Shown here in pieces: positions 8,823 to 21,724 of a DNA stretch of 64,000 nt (position 1 is the first letter of the stretch; the number at the start of each line of letters is the position of its first letter). The stretch comes from Dehalococcoidia bacterium. GTDB lineage: Bacteria; Chloroflexota; Dehalococcoidia; UBA6926. Below the pieces are notes generated by a model. That model did not search any database. It had not been told where the DNA came from and saw nothing but the letters and a program-made list of their open reading frames with translations. The DNA is taken from assembly GCA_963666115.2 (NCBI GenBank), contig CAXXET010000006.1, forward strand, positions 288,001-352,000. Reading direction: 5' to 3'. Both the position numbers and the translations under genes were made by a program.

Positions 8823-10163
8823 TCACAAAGTCTGCAAGTAGCGGTCAATCTCGAAATCCGTGACGTGGGCGCGGAAGGCATTCCACTCGATCCGCTTGTT
8901 GCGGATGAAGCTGTCGAAGATGTGGCCGCCCAGGGCGTCTCGCACAAGGCTGCTCTGCTCGGTCAGCAGGATGGCCTCATGGAGGCTGCGCGGCAGTTCG
9001 CCAATGCCCATGTCGGCTCTCTGCGCCTCGGACATGCCAAAAGCGTTGTCGTTCAACGGCTCCGGCGGCTGTAGATTGCGCTCGATGCCGTCAAGGCCGG
9101 CGGCGAGCATGACGGAAAAGGCAAGGTAGGGGTTGCAGGCAGGATCGGGGGCCCTGTATTCGAGGCGGGCGGCATCCGGGTTGCCGGGCGGCACGCGGGG
9201 GATGCGGATGAGGTCTGACCTGTTCCTGTGGGCCCACGTCAGGTAGACGGGGGCCTCATAGCCCGGCACGAGGCGCTTGTAGGAGTTGATCCACTGGTTT
9301 GTGATGGCCGTGAACGCGGGCGCGTGCTCAAGCAGCCCGGCGATGAAATTCAGGGCAACCGGCGACAGGTTGTCGGGGTCGTCCGCGGAATAGAAGGCGT
9401 TGGCCTCGCCCCTGAAGAGCGACTGGTGGGTGTGCATGCCGCTGCCGTTCTCGGTGGTGATGGGTTTCGGCATGAACGTGGCGTGGACGCCGTGCTGCCG
9501 CGCGATTTCCCGCACCACGAGGCGATAGGTCATGCAGTTGTCGGCCATCGTCAGCGCGTCCGTGTAGCGGAGGACGATTTCATCCTGTCCAGGCGCGACC
9601 TCGTGGTGGCTGTACTCGGCCTCGATGCCCATTTCCTCGAGCGTGAGGATGGTTTCCCGCCGCAGGTCTGACGCCACGTCCAACGGCATCTGGTCGAAGT
9701 AGCCGCCGTTGTCGAGCGGGGTCGGGTCGTCCGGCGCCTGGAAGTAGTAGTACTCAAGCTCCGGCCCGACGTAGAAGGTGTAGCCGAGCTCCTGGGCGCG
9801 TTTCAGGTTGCGGCGAAGGACGTAGCGGGGGTCGCCGTCGAACGGCTCGCCCTCCGGGGTATAGATGTCCGCGAAGATGCGGGCCACGCCGGGATGCTCA
9901 GGCCGCCATGGGAGGATGGCAAACGTGGACGGATCGGGCACGGCGACCATGTCCGATTCGTCCACGCGCGCAAATCCCTCGATGGAGGCGCCATCGAAAC
10001 CGATGCCGCGCTCGAGCGCGACCTCAAGCTGGGCGGGACTCAACGAGAATCCCTTGAGGTTCCCGAGGATGTCCGAGAACCACAGCCTGATGAACTTGAC
10101 GTTGCGCTCCCTGACGGTTCGGAGCACGAACTCTTTCGCTGATTCGTCAGCCTGTATTGCCAC
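8823..10163 (-). CDS. glnA: Glutamine synthetase family protein (GSI-alpha-like, about 446 aa)
   Basis: FDGASIEGF, HHEVAPGQ, TFMPKP, NGSGMHTHQSL, NSYKRLVPGYEAP, EYRAPDPACNPY; start placed at GTG 10163. Confidence 0.9.
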   Translation of the reverse strand: MAIQADESAKEFVLRTVRERNVKFIRLWFSDILGNLKGFSLSPAQLEVALERGIGFDGASIEGFARVDESDMVAVPDPSTFAILPWRPEHPGVARIFADIYTPEGEPFDGDPRYVLRRNLKRAQELGYTFYVGPELEYYYFQAPDDPTPLDNGGYFDQMPLDVASDLRRETILTLEEMGIEAEYSHHEVAPGQDEIVLRYTDALTMADNCMTYRLVVREIARQHGVHATFMPKPITTENGSGMHTHQSLFRGEANAFYSADDPDNLSPVALNFIAGLLEHAPAFTAITNQWINSYKRLVPGYEAPVYLTWAHRNRSDLIRIPRVPPGNPDAARLEYRAPDPACNPYLAFSVMLAAGLDGIERNLQPPEPLNDNAFGMSEAQRADMGIGELPRSLHEAILLTEQSSLVRDALGGHIFDSFIRNKRIEWNAFRAHVTDFEIDRYLQTL

Positions 10164-10180
10164 TGTCCGCAGTCTTGCTC

Positions 10181-11650
10181 CTAGCCGTCGTAGTAGAGGA
10201 AGTACTCGTAGGGGTGGGGGCGGAGGCGCATGGGGTCGACCTCGTTCTCGCGCTTGTAGGAGATCCACCCCTCGATGAGGTCCGGGGTGAAGACGCCGCC
10301 CTTGAGCAGGTACTCGTTGTCCGCCTCGAGGGCAGCCAGCGCGTCGGCCAGGCTTCCGGGAACGTTGGGGAGCGCGGCGGCCTCTTCGCCCTCCATCTCG
10401 TAGATGTCATGGTCGACGGACGGGCCGGGATCGATGCGGTTCTGGATGCCGTCCAGGCCGGCCATGAGCATGGCGGAGAACGCCAGGTAGGAGTTCGCCA
10501 TAGGGTCGGGGCAGCGGAACTCGATGCGCTTGGCGGCGGGGGTGTCCATCTCGTACATCGGAATCCGCACTGCGGCGCTCCGGTTGCGCTGGGAGTAGAC
10601 GAGGTTCACGGGCGCCTCATAGCCGGGCACCAGCCGCCGGTAGGAGTTGGTCGTGGGCGCGGCAAAGGCCAGGATGGACGCGGCGTGCTTGAGGAGGCCG
10701 CCAATGTAGAAGCGCATGGCCTCGCTGGTCTGGGCGTAGCCGTTCGCATCGTAGAAGATGGTGGCGCCGTCCTTCCAGAGGGACTGGTGGGTGTGCATTC
10801 CGGTGCCGTTGTCGCCGAAGATGGGCTTCGGCATGAACGTGGCGGTCTTGCCCATCTGCCGGGACTTTTCCTTGACGATGTACTTGTAGATCTGGACGGC
10901 ATCGCACTCCGCCACGAGCGGCCCGTAATGCAGTCCGATCTCGCCCTGTCCGGCGGTGGCCACTTCGTGGTGGTGCTTGTCGATGTTCAGGCCGGCGTCC
11001 ATCATCGCAAGGATGATCTCGGATCGCAGGTCTTGCTGGGTATCGACGGGCGGGAGGGGGAAGTAGCCGCCCTTGTTGCGCGGGCGATGGCCCAGGTTGG
11101 GCCCCTCGTACTTGTTAAAGGGGCGCCCCGCGTTCCAGACGCCCTCTTCAGAGTCGATGAAGAAGTAGCCCTCGTTCTGCTGGTAATCGTAGCGGGCGCT
11201 GTCGAAGATGAAGAACTCCGCCTCCGGGCCCCAGAAGCTGGCGTCCGCGATGCCGGTGCTCTTAAGGTACTCCTCCGCCTTGCGCGCGACATAGCGCGGA
11301 TCGCGGGAATAGGGCTGTCCCGTCACGGGGTCGCGGATGTCGCAGATGACGGCCAGCGTCGGCACCTCCAGCAAGGGATCGACGTATGCGCCGGCGGGGT
11401 CCGGCACCACGAGCATGTCGGACTCGTCGATTGTCTGGAAACCGCGAATGCTGGAGCCGTCGAAGCCCGTGCCGTTCCTGAAGAGGGCCTCATCCATCAG
11501 CGCGGCGGGAATGGTGAAGTGCTGGCTTGTGCCCAGCAGGTCTGTGAACCGCAGGTCGACCATCTTGATGCCGTTGTCGGCTGCGTACGCGATGACCTCG
11601 CCCGGCGTGGAAAACGCGCCCAGCACCCCGTTGCTCGTCGATTCTGCCAT
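10181..11650 (-). CDS. glnA: Glutamine synthetase type I (beta)
   Basis: FDGSSIRGF, KGGYFPLPPVD, HHEVATAGQ, NSYRRLVPGYEAP, SQRNRSA, EFRCPD; adenylylation-site Tyr retained (HDIYEM). Confidence 0.96.
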   Translation of the reverse strand: MAESTSNGVLGAFSTPGEVIAYAADNGIKMVDLRFTDLLGTSQHFTIPAALMDEALFRNGTGFDGSSIRGFQTIDESDMLVVPDPAGAYVDPLLEVPTLAVICDIRDPVTGQPYSRDPRYVARKAEEYLKSTGIADASFWGPEAEFFIFDSARYDYQQNEGYFFIDSEEGVWNAGRPFNKYEGPNLGHRPRNKGGYFPLPPVDTQQDLRSEIILAMMDAGLNIDKHHHEVATAGQGEIGLHYGPLVAECDAVQIYKYIVKEKSRQMGKTATFMPKPIFGDNGTGMHTHQSLWKDGATIFYDANGYAQTSEAMRFYIGGLLKHAASILAFAAPTTNSYRRLVPGYEAPVNLVYSQRNRSAAVRIPMYEMDTPAAKRIEFRCPDPMANSYLAFSAMLMAGLDGIQNRIDPGPSVDHDIYEMEGEEAAALPNVPGSLADALAALEADNEYLLKGGVFTPDLIEGWISYKRENEVDPMRLRPHPYEYFLYYDG

Positions 11651-11756
11651 CAGATACTCCTTCCGATGTTACCTTGCCACTTCAACGGAGGGAGCCAACC
11701 GCGCCCGGCCAGCCCCTGCCCCCATATCCAGAATGCGGACGCGGGCGGGGTGTTGG

Positions 11757-11772
11757 GTTACGAACGTGTTAC
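11757..11772 (-). promoter_or_regulatory. GlnR-box-like direct repeat upstream of glnA
   Basis: GTAAC-acgttc-GTAAC on the minus strand matches GTnAC-n6-GTnAC, about 105 bp upstream of glnA. Confidence 0.65.
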
Positions 11773-11788
11773 AGTCTGCGGCGCGGCG

Positions 11789-12475
11789 CTAGCGCGAATC
11801 GGGGTCGGCGCGGAGGCGGTATCCCACGTTGCGGACGGTCTCCACAAAGGTGTGCGTGGGGTCTTCGATCTTGCTGCGCAACCGCCGCACGTGGACGTCC
11901 ACCGTGCGCGTGCCGCCGAAGTAGTCGTAGCCCCAGACGACGTCGAGCAGGGTGTTGCGCGTGAAGACGTGGCCGGGGCGGGAGGCGAGGATGCGGAGCA
12001 GCTCGTATTCCTTGAACGTGAGCGTGACCTGCCGGACGCCGACCCACACTTCGTAGCGCGCGAGATTGATTCGGAGATCGCCGACGGTTATCTCGTCCTC
12101 GTTGGCGGAGCGGGCGCGGTGGCGGGCGTAGAGGAGGGCAAGGCGGGCAATGACCTCCCCGGGATCGGCGGGAACGAGGACGAAATCATCGAGGCCGAGG
12201 GAGGCGTCTATCTCGCGGAGCTGGCCGGGGCGGACAAGGCCGAGAACGGGAACGTACACGTCCTTGTGGCAGGCGGCGGCAATCTCGCGGACGGATGCGG
12301 CGCGGGCAAGCGAACCCGCCATGTCAATGATCAGGATGTCATGGGGGCCCTGCGCCAGGTCGTCCACGTCGTCGCTCCCGGTGAGCGGCGTCCACGCAAT
12401 CACCTCACGGTCGAATGCGGCCGTCAGGTCGGCAAAGGGGGGCGCCTCGTGGGCGCTCAGCAGCGCGACGTGCAT
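11789..12475 (-). CDS. Orphan OmpR-family response regulator, GlnR-like
   Basis: Winged helix LTFKEYELL...VWGYDYFGGTRTVDVHVRRLRSK...TVRNVGY; atypical receiver with GLDDFVL; start MHVALL. The longer ORF-track call overlaps lipA antisense. Confidence 0.85.
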   Translation of the reverse strand: MHVALLSAHEAPPFADLTAAFDREVIAWTPLTGSDDVDDLAQGPHDILIIDMAGSLARAASVREIAAACHKDVYVPVLGLVRPGQLREIDASLGLDDFVLVPADPGEVIARLALLYARHRARSANEDEITVGDLRINLARYEVWVGVRQVTLTFKEYELLRILASRPGHVFTRNTLLDVVWGYDYFGGTRTVDVHVRRLRSKIEDPTHTFVETVRNVGYRLRADPDSR

Positions 12476-12532
12476 CTCAGAGTGCTCATAGGGGACAGAT
12501 AGAGTATAGCCTGTGCCGCCGGTGGTATTCTT

Positions 12533-13420
12533 GTGAGCACGATGACCCTGACAGTTGACCAACGCGTTCCGCGCCCGCGCCGCCTGCCGGAGTGGTTCAA
12601 GGTTCCCGCGCCGGGCAGCGAGCGCTACCGCAAGCTGAAGGCGCTGGTTGAGGGCAACGGCCTGCATACGGTGTGCGAGGAGGCGCGCTGCCCCAACATC
12701 GGCGACTGCTGGGACCGCGGCACGGCGACGTTCATGATCCTCGGCGACACCTGCACGCGCGCCTGCCGCTACTGCGCCGTCAAGACGGGGGATCCCGGCG
12801 GCGTTGTGGATGCGCTCGAACCGCTGCGCGTCGCCCAGGCCGTCCACCGCATGGGCATCAGGTACGCGGTGATTACGTCCGTCGACCGCGACGATCTGGC
12901 GGACGGCGGCTCGTCCATCTTTGCCCAGACCATCAACGCGGTGAGGCGTGTCGCGTCGGGTGTCGGCGTTGAGGTCCTCATCCCGGATTTTGGGGGGAAT
13001 TGGGACGCGCTCCGCACGGTGATGGATGCTGCCCCGGACGTTCTGAACCACAACATCGAAAGCGTGCCGTCCGTCTTTCGCGTGGTGAGGCCGCGCGGCA
13101 ACTACTGGCTGTCGCTGGAGCTGCTGGAGCGGGCCAAGCGGGCGGGGATGAGGACGAAGTCCGGCATCATGGTCGGCCTGGGGGAGACGCGGGAGGAGCT
13201 GCTGTCCACGATGGACGACCTTGTCAGCGTGGGGTGTGAGATTCTGACCATCGGGCAGTACCTGCGGCCAACACCATCGCACGCGCCGCTTGATCGGTTC
13301 TATACGCCGGGGGAGTTCATTGAGTTACGGGAGGAGGGAATGGCGCGGGGGTTCAGGCACGTGGAGTCGGGGCCGCTTGTGAGGAGCTCATATCATGCTG
13401 AGGAGCAGGCGGGGGGTTAA
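12533..13420 (+). CDS. lipA: Lipoyl synthase
   Basis: CEEARCPNIGDC, CTRACRYC radical SAM motif, VRSSYHA. Confidence 0.97.
   Translation: MSTMTLTVDQRVPRPRRLPEWFKVPAPGSERYRKLKALVEGNGLHTVCEEARCPNIGDCWDRGTATFMILGDTCTRACRYCAVKTGDPGGVVDALEPLRVAQAVHRMGIRYAVITSVDRDDLADGGSSIFAQTINAVRRVASGVGVEVLIPDFGGNWDALRTVMDAAPDVLNHNIESVPSVFRVVRPRGNYWLSLELLERAKRAGMRTKSGIMVGLGETREELLSTMDDLVSVGCEILTIGQYLRPTPSHAPLDRFYTPGEFIELREEGMARGFRHVESGPLVRSSYHAEEQAGG
13400..13419 (+). repeat. 20-bp direct repeat, copy 1 (3' end of lipA)
   Basis: GAGGAGCAGGCGGGGGGTTA, identical to 14537-14556. Confidence 0.85.
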
Positions 13421-13436
13421 CTGCCGTCCTCCTTAG

Positions 13437-14511
13437 CTAGGGGTGCCTTATCCATCTGGGCGGCCAGTCAGGGCCTAGCCAGCGGTCCAGTTTTTCCGCA
13501 ATCTCAAAACCGGCTGCCATTGCGGCAATCGGGAATCCAACCTCAACCAAGAAGTTGAGCGGAGCGGCGAGAAGAGTCTCCACGATGCCGAATTGGGGGT
13601 CGAATAGCAGAACGATGGCGAGCAAGCATAGCAGCGTGATGACGGAAACGAACACGGAGATTACGAGCGCTATCTCAATGACATCCTTCACCGAGACTAG
13701 ACTTCTCCCCCCCGGTTGAGCGAGTGACACCCATAATCCCAGAAGAACCACAAGCAACGTCCAGAATCGCCAATCCTGACTTCCGTCCAGGGCATGCACA
13801 GCCAGGGCGAACACGATAATCGTGTACATGAGCAAGAACGCGCCGACCACTGCGCACCGTGGGTTCTTGCTTATCCACGGAATTGTCCGGAGTGCTATAA
13901 CCAAGAGGACGAGCAGCAAGGCCCAGACGTAGATTGGCGCAGACGTGGATATGTCTGCATCAATGACGAAGAATCCCCACAACACGAGAGCGAACGCAGC
14001 CAAGAGCAGCCCGCCAGATGCCAGCTCAATAGCAATGCTTGACCGAGATACCCCCTCCGGTTTCTTCTTCGGAGTCTTCTGTGGTTGAGTCGAACCCACG
14101 TAATGCATGAAGAACGGTAAGCCCAACGTCAGGACCAACATCAGGATCACCACAGCGACCGCCCAGCGATAGATGCTGTCACCAGGCTCCGGCGCGAGCA
14201 AGAAGGTGACCCATAGCAGCCATCCGGCGGCGACCGCCACGAGCGCGCCAATGCCGAAGGCCAACACAGGGAGCAGTATGGATCCAATCCCCGATTCGGG
14301 CCGTTCTATCTCCTTGACGGCAAGTACCGGTAGTGCGGCGAGACCGGGCAACGCCCACCAGAAGAACCACCTGGTTGTTCCCTCACCGATTCCGGCACCC
14401 TGGATGTAGTACCCCCACAGGATGAAGCTGAAACCCAGGATTGAAGCTGAAACCCAGGATTAGGTAGAGAACCAAGAACCATGGGCCTGCCCGCTTCAGT
14501 TTGTCACGCAT
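13437..14511 (-). pseudogene. Polytopic membrane protein, paralog of 14837-15883, frameshifted by a 19-bp tandem duplication
   Basis: ATG 14511 gives MRDKLKRAGPWFLVLYLILGFSF (paralog MRNKLKLAGLVLLGLYLVAG). Removing one repeat unit at 14423-14461 restores the frame into ILWGYYIQG...FWWALPGLAALPVLAV. Confidence 0.8.
14423..14461. repeat. 19-bp perfect tandem duplication
   Basis: TGAAGCTGAAACCCAGGAT x2. Confidence 0.9.
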
Positions 14512-14536
14512 AAGTCGGGCGCCTCCTAACAACGCA

Positions 14537-14556
14537 GAGGAGCAGGCGGGGGGTTA
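14537..14556 (+). repeat. 20-bp direct repeat, copy 2
   Basis: GAGGAGCAGGCGGGGGGTTA, identical to the lipA 3' end. Confidence 0.85.
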
Positions 14557-14787
14557 GACGGGTTCGGTGAAGACCGGCTCTCCCGCCGGCTCTGGGTGCC
14601 GGTGATTCACAAGGGCTACAATGATGCGCCGTTCGCTGTCACGAACCTGCTGCTGAAGCAGGTCAAACCGCTGTCGCCCGCGTTCCTCGCCCTTGGCCAT
14701 ATCGGAGCGCAGCCAACTGAACAGACCGAATATCAGGACGGCCAACGCAACTCCAACTCCGATGATCGAAAGCATTTCGGGACTCAC
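14554..14787 (-). CDS. Small single-TM plus coiled-coil protein
   Basis: MSPEMLSIIGVGVALAVLIFGLFSWLRSDM then a charged helix; RBS AAGGAAGG. Confidence 0.7.
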   Translation of the reverse strand: MSPEMLSIIGVGVALAVLIFGLFSWLRSDMAKGEERGRQRFDLLQQQVRDSERRIIVALVNHRHPEPAGEPVFTEPV

Positions 14788-14836
14788 TGGTTAGGCCTTC
14801 CTTGTCTTGGGGGTCATTATGACACATCAACCGTCG

Positions 14837-15883
14837 CTAGAGGCGGATTTTCCACCAGGGCATCCAGCCGACCCTCAAGCAGCGGTCAAGTCTTTGCGCG
14901 ATCTCAAACCCGCTAACCATGCCCGCAATCGGCAACCAAACCTCAACCATGAGAGCGAACGGGGCCGCAAGAATAGTCTCCACGAGACCGAGTTCCCTTT
15001 CCAATACTAAAACAGCGATCAGCAACCATAGCACCGCGACGCCGAGAAGGAACACGCAGACCACCAGCACTGCCTCGACCACAATCTTGACGAAGTCTAG
15101 ACGTGCCTTCTTCAGTCGACCGCGTGACACCCATAGTCCCAGAAAAGCCGCAATCAACGTCCGGGACCGCCAATCGTCACTGCCGTCCAGGGACTCGATA
15201 GCCAGAGCGAGCACGATGGCTGTGTACATGAACAGGAACGCGCCGACCAGCGCGCCTCTTGGATTCGACTTTATCCAGGGAATCGTCCAACGTGCTGCAC
15301 CGGCGACGACGAGCAGCATGGCCCAGACGTAAATTGGCTCAGATATGGATATGTCTGCATCAACGACGAGAAATCCCCACAATACGAGAGCGAGCGCAGC
15401 CAACATCAATGCGCGTGCTGCCAGATTGAGCGCAGTGCTCCTCCAGCATCCCTGACAATTCAGTTCTGATGTGCATTCTTTGGCTGAGCGGAACCGTACG
15501 CCAAATATGACGTACAGTGAGGCCAACATCAGGATCAAGACGGCGACCCACCAGCGGTACACGCTGTCGCCAGGCTCCGGCGAGAGCACGGAGTTGACCC
15601 ATAGTAGCCATCCGGCGGCGAGGGCGCCGAGCCCAGCAATGCTGAAGACCAACCCCGAGAGCAGTATGGATTTAATCTCCCGTTTGGGCCGTTGCACGTA
15701 GAACACAGCAAGCACCGGCAGCGCGGCGAGTACCGGCAGCGCCCACCAGAACATCCATTGGGTCACTCCTTCACCGGTATCGACATCCTGTAGGTAAAAT
15801 TCCCACAGGAAGAGCATCGGACCCGCCACTAGGTAGAGACCGAGGAGCACCAGGCCTGCAAGCTTCAGTTTGTTTCGCATCAC
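14837..15883 (-). CDS. Polytopic membrane protein of unknown function
   Basis: 348 aa with many hydrophobic segments; shares PEPGDSxYRW, DADISxSxPIYVWA and LDGSxDWR with the neighbouring pseudogene. Confidence 0.8.
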   Translation of the reverse strand: MMRNKLKLAGLVLLGLYLVAGPMLFLWEFYLQDVDTGEGVTQWMFWWALPVLAALPVLAVFYVQRPKREIKSILLSGLVFSIAGLGALAAGWLLWVNSVLSPEPGDSVYRWWVAVLILMLASLYVIFGVRFRSAKECTSELNCQGCWRSTALNLAARALMLAALALVLWGFLVVDADISISEPIYVWAMLLVVAGAARWTIPWIKSNPRGALVGAFLFMYTAIVLALAIESLDGSDDWRSRTLIAAFLGLWVSRGRLKKARLDFVKIVVEAVLVVCVFLLGVAVLWLLIAVLVLERELGLVETILAAPFALMVEVWLPIAGMVSGFEIAQRLDRCLRVGWMPWWKIRL

Positions 15884-15889
15884 TCTTGC

Positions 15890-16594
15890 CTAGAATGGCG
15901 CTATCGGCCTGATTTCGATTCTCCAGTCGCCGATTTCCTCACCGTCGTCGAGATTGCTGTTTTGCCTGAGCCTGGCCGCAGCCTGTTCTCGCGGCGTTTC
16001 ACTGTCAGGTGAGAAGAACACGAGGCCATCTTGGTCAACTGTTAGGATAGCAGTGGACTGGCATCTTTCCTCTGCTTGAGCCCGTTCAATGTCGCGTGGC
16101 GCGACGCATAGTGTCCCTGAAAAGGCATCGGTGTCATATGTGACCAAGGTGAACGCTGGATAACGTGTGTCACCCCACGGAGTCGTCTTGAGTTCGCCGC
16201 GCCCCACGCCAACATCCAAGAGCAGTTTTTCTACGACCTTGCTGATCTTCAACTCATATTCATATGTTCCGGGATTCAGGCGTATGAAACGCGGCTCGTT
16301 CCCATTTCCGTGCAGCGCCTTCCATCCTACGAACATTCCTTTGACTCTTGGCAGGCCGTGCGGAGTCGGTATTGGCGTCACGTCCGAATAGGCCGGAGTC
16401 GGACTTGGGAATGGCGTCGGATTCTGGATGACGTTGGGGGCGGGCGTCCACGTGGGCATCGCCGTGGGCGTCGGGGTCGGCGTAACCGTCGGTATGATCG
16501 TATGTGTCGGGGTGGGCGACGGCTCCGCGCTGGCACACCCTGCGACCGCCAGCGCAATGAGTAAAACCGCTAGTATCGTCTTCACTTTAGTCAC
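15890..16594 (-). CDS. Lipoprotein with Pro/Thr-rich linker
   Basis: Lipobox LAVAGC, PT repeats, RBS GAGGTG. Confidence 0.75.
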   Translation of the reverse strand: MTKVKTILAVLLIALAVAGCASAEPSPTPTHTIIPTVTPTPTPTAMPTWTPAPNVIQNPTPFPSPTPAYSDVTPIPTPHGLPRVKGMFVGWKALHGNGNEPRFIRLNPGTYEYELKISKVVEKLLLDVGVGRGELKTTPWGDTRYPAFTLVTYDTDAFSGTLCVAPRDIERAQAEERCQSTAILTVDQDGLVFFSPDSETPREQAAARLRQNSNLDDGEEIGDWRIEIRPIAPF

Positions 16595-16597
16595 CTC

Positions 16598-17311
16598 TCA
16601 TTTCACTGCGTCCGGTGAGGAATCAAGGGCGCGGAGGGAGATTGTTGCGCCTGCCCATGCTATGGCCATTTGGATTATGGTGGCGAGGCCGATTAGGAGG
16701 GTGGCCTGGAGGAAGAAGGCTTGTGGGAAGAGTTGGATCATCCTGTCGTTGGCTGTTCCCTGCCAGAGGTCGTTGGAGAAGCTGAGCAGGTGGAATTGCA
16801 GGAAGAGGAAGTTGAATCCGCCCAGGGCCGCGACCAGGCCGATGCCGATGATTGCCGCCACCGACCAGAACGCGCTCCGGCGGATGCTGCGGAAGACGAT
16901 TGCGGCCAGGTCCGGGCGTCCGCGCGCGGCGGCGATGATTGCGGCGATCAGGGCGGCGAGCGTGACGACGGTCGCTATTGCCTGCACAGCGTAGACGCGG
17001 TGGAGGAGGTCTCGCACGTCCCGGAAGTGTATGGCCTCCCGCTGGGTGAACAGGGGCTCCTCGATGCCGTTGACGACGATCTGCGTGGTGATCAGGTCTT
17101 CGTCGGACTCAAAGTAGTCGATGAGGCCGGCCGTGCCCTTGATCAGTTCTTCGCGTTCGACGCCGGTTCGCCCCGGCGCGTCGAATGCGTCGATGGCGTA
17201 GGTGTAGACGGCCTGGCCCTGGAACGCGACGCGGACGTTGGTGGTGATGAAGAGGGCGGGCAGGGCAAGCGCAACCGCTACGCCGAGCGCGTAGAAGAGT
17301 CGAGTGGACAA
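16598..17311 (-). CDS. TIGR01906/DUF1461 membrane protein (Lit-like lipoprotein transacylase family)
   Basis: FTQREAIHFRDVR, FLQFHLLSFSNDLW, MIQLFPQAFF motifs. Confidence 0.82.
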   Translation of the reverse strand: MSTRLFYALGVAVALALPALFITTNVRVAFQGQAVYTYAIDAFDAPGRTGVEREELIKGTAGLIDYFESDEDLITTQIVVNGIEEPLFTQREAIHFRDVRDLLHRVYAVQAIATVVTLAALIAAIIAAARGRPDLAAIVFRSIRRSAFWSVAAIIGIGLVAALGGFNFLFLQFHLLSFSNDLWQGTANDRMIQLFPQAFFLQATLLIGLATIIQMAIAWAGATISLRALDSSPDAVK

Positions 17312-17323
17312 CGGCGCGGGACG

Positions 17324-21710
<4,387 letters not shown>

Positions 21711-21724
<14 letters not shown>

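Noticed and set aside
10157-12502. 781-aa plus-strand ORF, and similar long ORFs at 6267-7868, 16721-18985, 21813-23639 and 53500-55143
   Set aside because: Antisense shadows of well-supported high-GC genes, with no recognisable motifs.
12476-13282. Long N-terminal extension of the response regulator in the ORF track
   Set aside because: It is antisense to lipA; the regulator domain begins near 12475.
16380-16520. Repetitive GGCGTCGG-type DNA
   Set aside because: It encodes the Pro/Thr linker of a lipoprotein and is not an independent repeat element.
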